63,999 nt of DNA, filler included, from Streblomastix strix (GCA_008636045.1; 4 parts of 4 records of this genome joined end to end with filler, not necessarily neighbours in it), one strand, 5' to 3'. Counted from the whole stretch's first letter, positions 29,040-43,230 are shown. The notes: generated from the letters alone by a model not told the origin. Program-made: numbers and translations.

Positions 29040-30679
29040 CTTTAAATGATGATTCGTATTAAGTTCATACGAAATAATTTCCACTAACATAATAATTAAC
29101 AAATTTATCTGCTTTTAATTCTGATGATATATGAATATGCCAGCGAGCAGAATTATCTGTATCAGCAACAGTAAGATAAGCGGAAGGAATGTCTTAAATG
29201 GGATCTGTGTTGAAATCATATAAAATCATAACAGGAAACAATAATGTCCTTTTTGGATCTATTGACCCACTCATACTAAGTAAATACTGATTAGCTTCAA
29301 TAAACCGTTTCTATCTCAAATGCATATTGAACATTACTAATTTATTAACAGTATTATCAATAATATAGATCTTAAATTTATCTAAGTCATATGGGGTATA
29401 GGCTAATGCAAGTATTTAATCTCTTGATACTTCTGTTACTGTATATCATGGAAATACAGATGGTGGAATAGGCATCGGTGGTAGTATATCATGTTACATG
29501 ATAACACTATCTATATGAGAAATTGGTTATTCATTTGATGTTATGTTACTCTAATTTGATTCTTGTGGTTGTGGATCAATTAAATAACTTCCACTAAAGT
29601 CATATAAATCCATAGGATAATACCAAAATCCTTAATTCACAACAACTTCCGGTGTATCATTTCCATTAATCTATATCATGCCAGCGAATGATGTATAGGA
29701 GGTCATTATTGGGACGAATTTAGATAATCTAGGTTAAAAATCAGAATATATTGTTTAAAATACTTTGTATACATTATTTACATGTTAACTACTAACTTCA
29801 GCTTAGAAATGAAATGTACATATTAGTCCTTCTTTAACAAAATAAGAAGCTCTAAGTGGAACAAATATTTAATTATTCACTAATTTAGTATTGTTATTGA
29901 AATAATTAGATAATAAAACAGGTTAACTTGGATCATTTGGTTGAATTCCATCACCAATTGCTTCCTTCCGTTTTTACACAACATCTTATACCAATGATAT
30001 TGATTTCATTCCATCAATAATAGAATTGACATGCCAATCGTCTACAATTTTAATCATTCCATCACTTTACATCACTAGTTGATCTCTTTAATGGCTCATA
30101 ATCCGTATAGTAAACACCTGCAATTGCAATATGAGTATTTCTTTTAATTGATGTAATTTAATCAACATTCCCAATTGATGATCCAATATAAAATCCTTTT
30201 TCACTAATGTTTCTCATTATATTTTGTTTATGCCCACCGTCATCTCCTAAAACTAATGCTTGTTTACTAAATGGTCATAATTCTTCAGGAAATCTACTGA
30301 ATCCAAACCCCATGAAATCTTCTCTAAGATACAGTCCAATGTTATATACTACTTTATTTCTCAACTTATGGAATTTAATCTATCCGTCATTGATATTATA
30401 CGGAAGTAAGGGTTGTGTTAGTGTACATAATGGTACTGTTATCACCACTGCAGCAACAGGTATTGGACTTATTAGTGTTGGAGGAGGAGATTAAACACTT
30501 AATTTATCGTTATTATCTTCCACTTAATCTTGAAGATATTATGGTCCAACAATGATTTAATTAGTTATTCCATCAACAATTGGTTTAGGTTCACGCTCAT
30601 GAATATAAGTATATAATTCTGGGACTACTAATAGACCTGTGGCGTTAAGTAATGCTTCATCAATGTATATATTTCTCAT
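29040..30679 (-). pseudogene. Putative virion structural/receptor-binding protein (Pro-rich, beta-rich repeats)
   Basis: MRNIYIDEALLNATGLLVVPELYTYIH..QIKFHKLRNKVVYNIGLYL..FSRFPEEL*P. The pattern resembles phage receptor-binding head domains. Disrupted. Confidence 0.45.
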
Positions 30680-30795
30680 TTTATAGTCCAAAAATAAACA
30701 ATTTCATTGTTTGCCAATGGTAATGCGAAGTCTTACATTCTTTCAGGATTAATAGTAATAGATTTGTTTGATAAGTATTAAAAATAGACTTATTA

Positions 30796-31945
30796 TCAAA
30801 GCATCCAACTAAATTATACACCTACTACATCATTAATGCCCCATAGTGTTGATGAATCGGTAGATATTCGAATTTATCTAGTTGCTAATCCTCCAATTAA
30901 AGTTATTTGCCTTGATACTATTGAAATAAGATATACTGCATTTGCTGATGTTGGAGGAGTTATGATATTTCTCAAACTTCCAATTGTACAAACATAAGTA
31001 TTAGTTGCAACATTAATTTAAGTTTTTGGTTGAAAATCCATCATTAAATGATAAAAATTTCCTATTCGAACAAGTCGTAAATAATTGAAAGTAATATTTA
31101 AATATAAATCAACGACTAAGTTTGTAATATCTTCCACTTATACTCCTCCAAATGATGATAATAATCTATCTCCACCGCCAGCCAATAAGCCTGATGTATC
31201 ATCTTTACTTGATTTAATAAACTAATTTACAGTTAGATTACCACTAATAGAACCGCTATAGATAGATGAAACAAATTCACTTTTCACTGCTCTTAATGTT
31301 ATATAATCATCATCTGATGGCTCTGGGTATAGTTAGTCAAGTGTTGTTTTTCGTAAAATTCCTTAAATATCTTATACATCACCATCTTTTTTACATAATT
31401 TGAATCATCAATTGTGGTAGTGAATTCTGAGATTGGTTTATTTGATCCATTCGCCAATAGTTCTTGCAGATTTGTTCCGCCAAATTTTACAAATGCAGGT
31501 GCATTAACATTTCCAGTAAAAAATTTTACGCTTAATACTTATTATGCAGCTGCTGAATTATATGTAACATAATTATCTTCCACATAGCTTCGAGTTATAT
31601 AATCTTCATCATCTTCAGAAATATCACCTGCTTTATTACCTTTTCGTAAATAACCTTCAATTACTTATAAATTTTTACCAGTTTTCTTATCGAATACTTC
31701 ATCGATACTACATTTTGTAGCATATTATCTAGGTTATAAGTAATTAAATGAATCTTTACTATGTGATATTATTAAATTTCCTGCGATATTTTATGTTGCT
31801 TATCTTACTTCCTTCACATAATTCGAATCATCAACGCTACCACCGAACTCAGCTATTGGTTTAGTACCACCAGCTCTAAGTAAAACTACAGTATCATCTG
31901 TTCCTTATTTGATAAATGATGATCCTGTTACTGACGACCTCCATC
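30796..31945 (-). pseudogene. Phage tail fibre-like protein, C-terminal part
   Basis: Repeats SFIKQGTDDTVVLLRAGG, GNVNAPAFVKFGG and GNLTVNQFIKSSKDDTSGLLAGGG, then a beta-rich C-terminal domain ending VQFSWML*. Confidence 0.6.
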
Positions 31946-32005
31946 AATGGAATTTACAAATCTACAACTATTATTGAATGTCTTATTTTCATTTATTGTC
32001 TATGA

Positions 32006-32105
32006 NNNNNNNNNNNNNNNNNNNNNNNNNNNNNNNNNNNNNNNNNNNNTTAATTAATTAANNNNNNNNNNNNNNNNNNNNNNNNNNNNNNNNNNNNNNN
32101 NNNNN
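32006..32105. other. Artificial contig linker
   Basis: N44-TTAATTAATTAA-N44. Confidence 0.95.
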
Positions 32106-32941
32106 TTCATATGTGAGATTTAATGAGGACGACCTGGACCTGAAAAGTGGCGACTTAACATGCCAGAATAGATTCAAAATTAAAAGCATTTTGGACGACT
32201 AATTTCGATACGACTTGCAGGCAGTCTCAGAATTTTAGCTTCAAAATTTAAGAAAAGAGCTAGATCGTAGCAGATAGCAGAGACAGCCATGGATGCCAAA
32301 ATTAAATTTGTGCAAATTTGATATTAATCGGATGCTATTGATCTAATTGACGACAATCTGTAGACGCCAAACTCGGAGAGCTCGTCGCAATAAACGCAAA
32401 ATGCTTCATTGAAAATGTTCTAGAAGTAGACTAAAAAATAATACAGGAGTAAACCAAGAAGGATTTAGAGCTGGATATGAGTAAATGGAAGCAGATTAAT
32501 TATATAGACAAGCATTGGATCAATCAAGAAGCTATTTGATACAGTTGGACTGGAAATGAAATCCCAATTAAAATATAACAGAAGAAGACTGATAATTTAA
32601 TGTAATGATAATTTATTATAAAAATATGTTATTCTTCAAAATTTAGCAAGAATGAGTGATTCAACATTCCTTTTGAAGAAACGACAAACAACCATCGAAC
32701 GAATTTCTCCAGGTAGTGCAAGTGTCAACTAATAGTTGCAGTCTTGTCGCTCTCTCATTTCTCTAACTTTTGATTGCATTTTGAGCTAATTAAAAATATA
32801 ATATCAAAGATTATTTTAAATTTAGAAAAATAGACATATTTTAAAGAAATTGTGAAAAAATTATTAAGAACAATTGATCATAACAATTAGGCAAATTTAC
32901 ATAAAAATTAATCGGCAATCAATATATTTTTATTTTTCAAA

Positions 32942-34502
32942 TAGGGCTGTTAAAATTCGTCAAACCTATTTCAAATGACGGATGAGGTCGTCTAAGATAT
33001 TTTTATTTTTGAAGAATCGTATTTTTCAATCATTTCTCATTAAAGATGTGCAAGTATTGTTGCATATATAAATATTTGTTTTAAATGACATTTAATTGAC
33101 AGCTGTTATCATTCTTCAATATTTGATTTTTTTATAAAAAATAGGTTGAATCCATAATTTTTAATAAATAAATAATCTTTTTTAAAATATAACGAAATTT
33201 TTGATTTAAATGAAGTTCAAAAAAAGAAAATTGAGTATGTTATTGAAATATGCTCAAATCATATAAATATATTAATATTAATCTGTTTAATCTTTACAAA
33301 TTTTTTTGTTAGGAAAATAAAATAACTATTTGAGATTTATTAACAAAGGAAAACATTATAAATTGTTAAATTTTGATGATATAATATTTTAATATTATTT
33401 TATATAAAATTTAATAAAATTTATGGTGATATATTATGTAATTCAGTCATTAAATCAGTTTCTAAAAAATATTATTCATTGTTCGATTCAAGTTTAGTAA
33501 TTATTATTGGAATGATCAATTTATTATTAAATAAAGTATAAGTTATGTTTGTTTTTGACAATAACAAACGGAATATTTTGATTAAGAATCAGAATCTACA
33601 AAATCATCTTTTTCAGATATCTGCTATCTTCATGTTGAATTGACTTTTCAAATATATTTAATTTTAAAGAAAATACTAGATTCAACGTGAATATCAAATT
33701 GCGCATGGAAATTATAACCTACAACTTTCACCACTTTACGGAGGAAACCTCCCTTGACAATTTATTTAAGAGACGTAATGCTTAAATTTCGCAACACCTG
33801 TTCAGTTATTTATATTCAAAAATTTAAATATATGCTTAAAAGTGTACATTCTCGGTGAATAATTTTTTTTGAATTAATTGATACTGTTCTCAATAGAAAA
33901 ATAAATTTATCTTTTTTTTCACTTTTGTTTCATACTAATCGAAACAGTAAATATTTTATAATTGTTTCATATTTAAATTTATAAATATCATCAATATAAT
34001 TATATTTTAAAAACGAAACATTATTAAAATTTAATTGCTAACAAGAAATTAATAATTTGATGTTTCCGTCAAAATTTTATTGGAGTGACGGAACAGTCAC
34101 TGAGAAAAATTGTTACGGACCAGTCAATTTGCAATTTACTACTGGTACACATAACCAATTTTATAATTTTCATATTACTTTAATGGAAAATACAAATAAA
34201 AAACTAATTTATCCAAAAAATCTTATATATTATTTTTCATAAGTGAATCAAATGCATTTTCTCTTTTTTTTAAAAAAAATTACCATTAACTTCACAGTTT
34301 GTCAAAATAATTCTTATTTAATAATAACAATATATTTAAATTGACTATTAAAATATATATTTACTATCAAACAGACTAAATTAATTTTTTCAAATATAAA
34401 AAATTAAAAACGATTTAATATTTTTATTTTTTAATATTTAGCCGGATTATTCACATACATATTGGGCTTAACGGACGAAATTGACGAATTTTAATAACAT
34501 TA
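32942..34502. mobile_element. Possible non-autonomous DNA transposon (hAT-like termini)
   Basis: Left end TAGGGCTGTTAAAATTCGTCAA and right end TTGACGAATTTTAATAACATTA share a 14-bp perfect inverted core. The 8-bp flanks TTTTCAAA / ATTTGAAT match only 5/8. Confidence 0.4.
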
Positions 34503-36914
34503 ATTTGAATTTATTTAAGATCTATGAAGATGAAAATATATGTTCAATAATTTGTTAAAAGATATTTAATAATATGCATCAATTTCGCTTTAGTACCACC
34601 CATAAATCTAAAATTCTATAGAAATATTTTGATGTAATTTTTTATTTTAGTCCCATTCCTTTGTGACATTTGCGAATCGATCACTTTACTTTATGTATCT
34701 TGAATTTTCTTTATTACATTATCTTTATCAATCTCCTGGAAATGCTATCTCGCAACATTGACAAATAAGTAAGTAATCTGTTGAAAATAGAATCATATAA
34801 GCTAGTGGGCATGAGATGCCAGCAATCATTCATGGAAGGATATGCTCACGCAGTACACTGATAGAGTAGAAACTAGAAACAAGGAGATTTTAATTTATTG
34901 AACATTATTTTTAACATTTAACTATTTTTATTCTACATTATAACACCGTTTAACTATAATATTATATTGTATTTTGTTTAATCTTCGTGATTAAATTTAA
35001 CTTTAATCTTTTTGTTCGATGAGAGAGAACTTCTAAGTTTAATTACGAAGTTACTTAATTTTTGCTTTACTTTTACACACTATTTATTTATGAAAAGTTT
35101 TTCTTTATGGCTCTATTCTCACTCACATTACATTTTTTAAAACGACACTTCGTCTATTTTTTCTGATGGATTTTCTGTTGTGAGTCCAGATTTATCAATT
35201 TTTTTCTCCCTTTTTTTTACTTTTTTTAAAATTCACTCGATTGTAAACATTGTTTGGAGAATTGTCCAAAAGAATTATTTCAAATAGTTGATGGCAATCA
35301 CTCAATAAAGGCGAAGTTGTTGTATAATATTATATATTCTCTAATTAATTATTTATTACAAAACTATAGTGACAGTTAATTAATGATGCGCAAATAAGTT
35401 CTAAATTATGAGTATTTGTCATATTTATACTAAATTCGTAGCATTTTTTCTAAGCCATTAAACTGATAGAAAACAAGAAATATTTATATAAAAGAGAAAA
35501 AAAAGATATATAGAAATTTGAATAAGTTTTTTTAAATTAACTTTGAAAAAGAATATTGTTTATTAATGCAAAATAAATATATAAATATTTTAGTTTAAAA
35601 TTAATCTTTAATTTAATAAATTTATTAAAAATTAAAGAATATTTTTGAAAATTTATAATTTTATTAAATTTAACGGTTTCATCGAAATTATCATAATGTT
35701 TAATTTATCATTTGTAAAATAATAATATAATGATATTGAAAAATTTTTATTTGTAATTTAAAACATTTTTTCTATCAAAATGATGATTTTTTATGAAAAA
35801 ATTCAATATCCTAGAATAGATTTAAGAAAAATTTTACTATATATATTACTTTGAATTGAGCATAAATTAATTAAAAATTAATATATATTTGTTTAATTTA
35901 AATATGCAATAATAATTGTTAATATTCAAATTTTGAAATTTTATTAAAATTTTTTTAATAACTTTTTCATTTTATTATTAAAAGAATAAATTTATAAATA
36001 TTAAGATTATATAAATGTTGCTCGACTAAATTTCGGCAGTATTTTAAAAAGTGTCGGTAGTGGATTTTTAAATTTTAATTGGTAGATTTAGTTTATATTC
36101 TTAATATTCAACTCAGAAAAAATTAAATTATAAACTCTTCATGGAGAAATCCGATAAATAATTTTTGAAAAAAAAATATTTATTAAAATTTATTTTTTAT
36201 TTGAATTGTTTTAAAAATATTTATAAATGTTTATAATTATATAAAATTTTAGGATCAAATTTTATTAAATTGAAATTATATCGAATTGATAATATTTATA
36301 TTTTTAATATTCTACCGCAAATTTTTGAACAATTACAAAATCCATTGATATAATTCTTTTAATATCTTATTTATATTTCAAATGAAAATCAAATAATTAA
36401 CAACAATTATAAAATTTTAAATTACATGGTTTATAAGCAATAAATTTATATTTCTATTAAATAAAAATAGTTTTTCAATGAAATAATATATAAAAATTAA
36501 TAATTTAATATTCATGGTATTTTTTTTCTAAAATGCTCTAAAGTGGAAATAATTGTTACTTTAAACTTCATAAAAAGACGGCCAATGTATGAATATATTT
36601 ATATTAATTAAATTATCATGAAAAACATTAAATGGCGAATACAATGGATGTATAATAACATTTTCTTAACTACTTCAATTTGAAGAATCTTCCTTACTTA
36701 TTTCATTTTCAATTCTTAGTTTTCATTTTCTATTTATAATTTCATCTTTTTTAATATTTTATTCAAATTATAATTCTTTTTCTAGTTTTCTAATGGAATA
36801 TCTTTTTTCGCATTTCTTTAGAATTTATTAGAAATTTTTATTTATTCATTAAATAATATTTCACTATTTTCAGGAAATTTTTCTTAATTATAAATATATG
36901 TCTTTATAGCGAAA

Positions 36915-37151
36915 ACGAAAGGAACCAGTTTTAAAAGTATACACATAAAGATAATAAATTAATAATACGAATAACCTTGTGCTCCAACTAAAGATACAAC
37001 ACTTGATGAATGTGGATGTCTGGAGAAAGATGATCCAAGAGCTGATACACTGTGCAAACCATGCGAGAAAGATTTTGTAGGCTCAGTACGTGCTGTTTTG
37101 AGAGTCATTATAGCAACTGTATTTTTCCCCGCACTGATATTTTGTGTGTGA
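36915..37151 (+). CDS. Terminal exon of a Cys-containing surface protein with hydrophobic C-terminus (TM/GPI-like); upstream exons not found
   Basis: After an AG acceptor: ..QPCAPTKDTTLDECGCLEKDDPRADTLCKPCEKDFVGSVRAVLRVIIATVFFPALIFCV*. Confidence 0.5.
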
Positions 37152-37498
37152 AATAAATGATGAAGACTACGCATATTTGAGGTGAACGCATATTAGAACC
37201 ACGTTCTTTTGTGATTTGAAGGAAACTTCAAACGTGTTATTTTTAATAGTAATAGTTTTATTCAATAGTTTAGAGTTAATATATTCAAATAAATTGCATT
37301 TTAATTTTTTTTGAAATTATTCTATATTAATTTGATTTTGAATTATTGATTTTTTAATATTTTGAGTATTTTTTAATTAAAAATTAAAGTGTAACAAATT
37401 GTAAAATATTTGGAATTTTATAGGTATGAATAATAAATTTATTAGTCATACAATTCATGTTAGTTATTAACTTGATATTATTTTCAAGTAGACAGATA

Positions 37499-40400
37499 AT
37501 GGATGAAAAATCAGCTCAAAAAGATTTATTAGGCAAATAGGTAGGAAATTATATTATTGAGAGCATTATTACAGATGGCGGCCACTATAATATATTTATG
37601 GGGAAAAATTGTTCTGTAAAAACACTTGCAGATGATGTAAGAACTGCTGTGAAAATTGAAAATGATAAAACAAGCAGTACTACCTTGAGCCGCGAAGCAA
37701 TAATTCTCGAAGCTGTCAAAAGTTTGTTATTGTATATTTATATAATTATTTTAATAATTATTATTGATTTTAATTGTGCTCAAACACAGATTCAAAGCAC
37801 TTTACAAAAATTATCTAAATTGGCAAACATTTAGAATATAGGTACCTTATAACTGATCTTCTTGGGCCTAATCTTAGGTATTAAAAAACCTTTTCAGTAA
37901 TTTTTCAATATTTCATTCAAATTAATATAGAGATCTTGCACTTCGACACAATCCTTCAATTTTCACCCTTCATACACTTCTAAAATTTGCCTATCAAGCA
38001 ATTGAAGCACTGCAAGATATTCACCAAGCTGGATTCATTCATTGTGATGTGGAAGCTGTACGATTTAATATTATTTTTCTATTCAATTATTAATTCTCTC
38101 CATTTTTTAATAAATAATCAAACTCAGAAAAATTTCTTCATTGGAAATTCATAACAATCAGCCGGAATTATCTATTTAATTGGCTTCAGTAAAAGTAGAA
38201 AGATTTAATAGAATAAAATTTCACTTGAAAATTAATTAAGCTAATCGAATGAAGAGATTTAATTAAAAAATTCAGATAAATCATATAATGGTCTTAAAAT
38301 TTCTATTCCTTAATTTAATAACATACTAGAAAAAAATCCTGTTGATGATTTAATTGGAGTAATGAATATTATTTCGGAATATTATTATTGGAATGATGTA
38401 AAATCCTTTGTGATAAATTAAGTATATATAATAATAAAATTAAAAATGATTTTTTTTTTATTTCTTATTAATTGAATTAAAAATATTATTTTTTAATTAT
38501 ATCTTTTATTTTATATTCGATTTGATTTAGATGAGTCAGGAAGAACGTGTGCTCTTGGACTAAGAAAAGATAATACCGACAGAATTCTTAGAATTAAATG
38601 AAGCTATAAACTTACATCTTCCATAAGATAAACCAGATTATTAATATTTATTGCAAATTATATCCAAAATTGCTGAATAGAATTTGCTTGATTTAAAACA
38701 TCCATTTGATTGGGAAATTGAAATGGAGTAAAAAAAGTAAAAATTACTACAAAATCACTTCATGAAATTAAATTAACTAAAATAATTGCAAAGATAAAGA
38801 ATTTAAAATAATGAAAACTCCAAATACGATGGAAAAAGTGACGATAAATAAGACTTTCTGTAAACAACACTTCAAAATCTACTTAACAAACTTTCTTCTC
38901 AAGATGATTTACAACCCGAATTGACTACATCTAAGTTGCTCCATACACCATCAAAGATAAATAAATAATTATCTAATAAGGAATTAGTACACAATTAACT
39001 ATTTCTATAGAATAGCAGTTCAAACCGATCTTTCGCACCATATTTCAAACATTTTAATGAAGAAGGACAATATAAATTAAATATGAATTAAAGATAATCA
39101 AAGGGTTCAACTTAATTTGATTAACAAATTCAATCTAGAAACAGAAGTTAAACAGTGCACGTACCGAATAGAACGAATAATGACAATTTTAATTTCAATA
39201 AATATAGCAATAGTAATAATTAAAAATCATAAGAAGAATTGAAAAGCGAAATTGAATACAAATCTTTTGCAGCTTTAGATATTCTTTAAACTTTTTAATC
39301 TCAAAATAAGCTGAAACATCAAAGAGATAGAGCTTTGAGTATTGGTAGAGTGCCTGTACATAATTAGTAAGATTAATTTCAAAGTTAATCAATAAATAAG
39401 AAAATATCATCAGTGTAATTTCATTAATTATAATAATAATAATAATAATAAATATCTAAAATTAGAAGAAATTCAATTGATGAATAAATTAACTCTTCAT
39501 AAATTGCTTAATTGCAAAAATAATTATCAACAAACACTTTACCATATGCAAATTATCATTCTTCTATTAAATAATAATCTAACAATAGTAATAATTAATC
39601 ATAATCATCATTACAAATGAAAAATTTCGATTAATAAAATGAAGTCGAAATTCTCTGTTATGACAATGAAAGCTATGCTGCTGATTTAAGTGAATACAAT
39701 CCAACTCATTATGAAAGCACATACTTAATTAAACCAATTTTATCTTCAGTCCCATCAGAATCTCTTTATTCTGAGAATAATCCTCTTTCTGTTGATCAAA
39801 GAAAAGAATCATTTTTTGAGCAGTAAGACTTGTTTGATGATTGTTTTGCTGAGACAGACAATTAATAAGATGAAATTGAGATAAAAGATGAAAAAAATAA
39901 AGAATGGGAAGATTATGTGTAATAGAATGAATAAAGTGAATAATAATTAGATGACTAAAATTATACCAAAACATCAAATAATCAACTAATGGAAATTCAA
40001 ACAAATAATTATGATTAAATTGAATATAAAATGTTAGCTGAAATTGAAGATTAATATTAACAATGATAATAATCAATTCTGAATGAATCAAAATCAAATG
40101 AAGACATCAATTAAATAAATAATATAAACAATTAAAAATAATAATAAGAATTAAATAATAACAAAATAATTTAAATTAATAATGATTTATTAAATTCAGC
40201 TTTGCCATCCATATCACAAACAAATATATAATTATTGTAATAATAAAATTCAATTGTTGGCGATAAATAATTAAATTTATTAACAAATTCAAATCATAAT
40301 ACAAACAAATCTTCTTAATTGTAATAATTAATTAATTTTAGTGAATCAAAATTTAAAGAAAAATAAACACAAAATTCTGAACTTAATGAAGAAATTAAAA

Positions 40401-42175
40401 AGAATGATTCTGCCATTAAAGAAATGCTTTCTTTATCAAATATTAATTAATTAGTGAAATCAATCACAAGCAATATTAATTTAACTCCTCCTTCAATAAT
40501 TTCATTTACTTCTCCTAATATAAATATTTCTTCAGCTTTGCAATAATAACAACATGTTTCTCCAAAAGTTTAAGAAGAATAATAATCACCAATTTAATAA
40601 AATCAAATCACATCACCAATTCAGCCAACACAAACTATTTCTCCATAAAACAGGACATCTCAAATTAAACTTATTTCTCCAATTTCTATTGGAATTCCTC
40701 TTTCTTAATTACTCAATTAATCAACACAATAAACTATCTCTAATCCAACTCAAAACATTTCTACTCAACCAATATCAGATTTGTTGAGTACAACCAATCT
40801 TCAATCTTCAAATTCTATTTCATCTCAATAATCGTAATAATAAATTAAATTTCCAATCATTTAATAAAATTAATCAATTTAAAATGCCCAAACAAATTCT
40901 AGTTCAAATACTTAATAATCTAATTCTGATTTTAATTCTATATTTTCGAATATTTTGTCATAATTTAAAGATAATTCAATTATAAAACCGAATGAAATTG
41001 TTGAAAATAAATAAAGCAACTCTAGTATATTTAATTAAATAAATAAACCAATAATTGATAATTTGTAATCTTCAAATAATCAATAATAATTTATTAATAC
41101 AATTTCATCTTAATAATCATAATCATCCAATCAACAAATTGATTCTTTATTTTCAAACATTCTTTCATAATTCAAACCAAATTAAAGATTGAAATAATAA
41201 GAAAATTAAATATAAAATAATCAATAAATTAACATTTAGAATAAAAATTTAATTCCTATCCATTAATTGTCATAATAATAATAAAACAATATTATTCCAA
41301 TAAATTATTCAGCGTATTAATCTTATTAAATAAATAATATTAATCCGTCCAATTAATCATAAATATAATCATCAAATTCATCATAAGAATCAATTCTTTA
41401 AATTGGATAATTTAAGAAAAATTAAAATAATATTATAAATCCATATTTGAATTAAATATCTAATTTTCCTTAAAATTAAGTTCGATTGTTTCCTTTTAAT
41501 TAATTAAATCAAAATTAGATGAATATCATTAATCCAAATAGTACAACAATTTAAAATAGATAATTATCACAAATAGTTTAGTAATAATAATTCCCAATAT
41601 TTCCATCATCTTTTTCTTAATAAGCTTTAATTTAAAATTAACCTTTACCTATTGGAGCAACAAGTAATTTAGCCAAAATTAATTCATAACATCTTAACGT
41701 TTTGCAATCAATGTAATAAGGATTAGATATTAAATCTCCAAATATTATATTTTAATAATAATCTCCTAGTTTAAATTATAATTAATAATTATCTTATAAA
41801 TAATAATAATAATTTAATAATCCTTTCAACAGATTTTAGTAATTTTAACCTTAATAAAATTTAGTTTAAACATCTTATAATATTAATTAATAATTTCAAT
41901 AGTAATAAATATAATAATTTAATAAGCCATCTTATTAAATTATTTAACCAAACGATAATTTGTAAAATATTTAGTAATAATCTAAATTCTTTTAACCAAA
42001 TTCTGTTATCTAATAAAACCAATATACTTAATCATAGTTTTAAACACCTATCATTAATATTTAATAGTAAAATTAATAATAATAATTTGGATCTCCTCAA
42101 TTGTAAAATTCTTCTAAAAGTCTTATTTTAAATAAAATAATATTCAATAACAATCCACTGTCAAAATAGTATTGA
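37499..42175 (+). CDS. CK1/tau-tubulin kinase-like protein (probable pseudokinase) with a very long Gln/Asn/Ser/Pro-rich tail
   Basis: TAVKIE, LSREAIILE, YLITDLLGPNL, LKFAYQAIEALQDIHQAGFIHCDVEA/KNFFIG, IYLIGFSKS, KPDY, PFDWE. About 4 introns; ends TGA 42173-42175. Confidence 0.8.
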
Positions 42176-42376
42176 AAATTATTAATATTTTGAAAATTTT
42201 TGATAATTATTTTAATTTTATTTTATATTGTTTTTGTAGCTTACTGTCAATTGATTTTTATTTGTTTTTTGATATAATTCATATTTTGATATAATTATTA
42301 ATATTTTTTGAGTAATTGTTGATTTCTTATTGAATATACAATAATTTTTATTGAAATTTTTCATTAATAAATAATA

Positions 42377-42735
42377 ATTTAATAAAGTGCAACACGAGAT
42401 TGAATTATCATCTCTTGTTTGATATTAACCTATTAATATTATATATTTTAATGTATTTCCAAACATTGTTTTATTAGTTAATATTATTTTCTAAAAGTGT
42501 ATTTCACTTTTAATTCTTGGATTAACCCAATTGTTTAATTTCATTTTTTTATATCTATTATTTTAATTGGTTTCAGTTTGTATTTTATTAAGAATCCTTT
42601 TTTACTATTAAATTATTTTTTCATGTCATTTATATATTTGAATATATTAATTTATATTTTTTTTATTTTGAATAATTTCCGTAAAAGAAGTTTCTATTTA
42701 ATTTTAATGTTAATAATTAAGCATATATTTTTTTT
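42377..42735 (+). repeat. Diverged copy of the cyclin gene 3' end and downstream flank (43808-44160)
   Basis: TTTAATAAAGTGCAACACGAGATTGAATTA.TCTCTTGTTTGATAT.. and the following ~300 bp occur at both sites. Confidence 0.85.
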
Positions 42736-43230
42736 AAATTTAATTGCACATGACAAAAAGAATAAGATCAAATTTTTACTGAATTACGTGATTATTTTAT
42801 TATTTAATTTGTAAAAAAATTTCTAAACATAACGAACATTACTATAAGATATATCAATATTTAAGATAATTGTATTTTTAATTTTAAAAATAAGGTAAAT
42901 ACACTGAATAAATATCACTAAATATAGAAATTTCTAATTTTATTTTAATGTTTTAAATTCTCATTAACAATTCATATTTTAATGTATACCATATTAAATA
43001 TACAATATAAATAAATCAATTTATAAGGAAAATGGTTATATAATGATCTATATGAATTTTAAGGATGAAATTATTTTGCTTTTTCATAATTTATTCTCTA
43101 CTCTTCCCCATGCTAAAAATTTACTATAATTTACATATTTTGATCTGAAAATATAAAATTATATTTAATTTAAACATTTTAATACACTTATGATTCTTAA
43201 TTTTCTTGATTTTTCAGACTTTGAACAATT

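Larger units (their letters stand above)
23424..31950. mobile_element. Endogenous Polinton-like virus fragment, morphogenesis module (ATPase, putative MCP, fibre-like genes), decayed
   Basis: Dense intronless ORFs with very short spacers: an A32-like ATPase, a ~570-codon beta-rich ORF and fibre-like ORFs. Scattered TGA stops and frameshifts. No TIR found. Confidence 0.75.

Noticed and set aside
32106..32600. GC-elevated coding-like remnant at the start of contig 3
   Set aside because: Probably TE debris, but no motif could be recognised to support a call.
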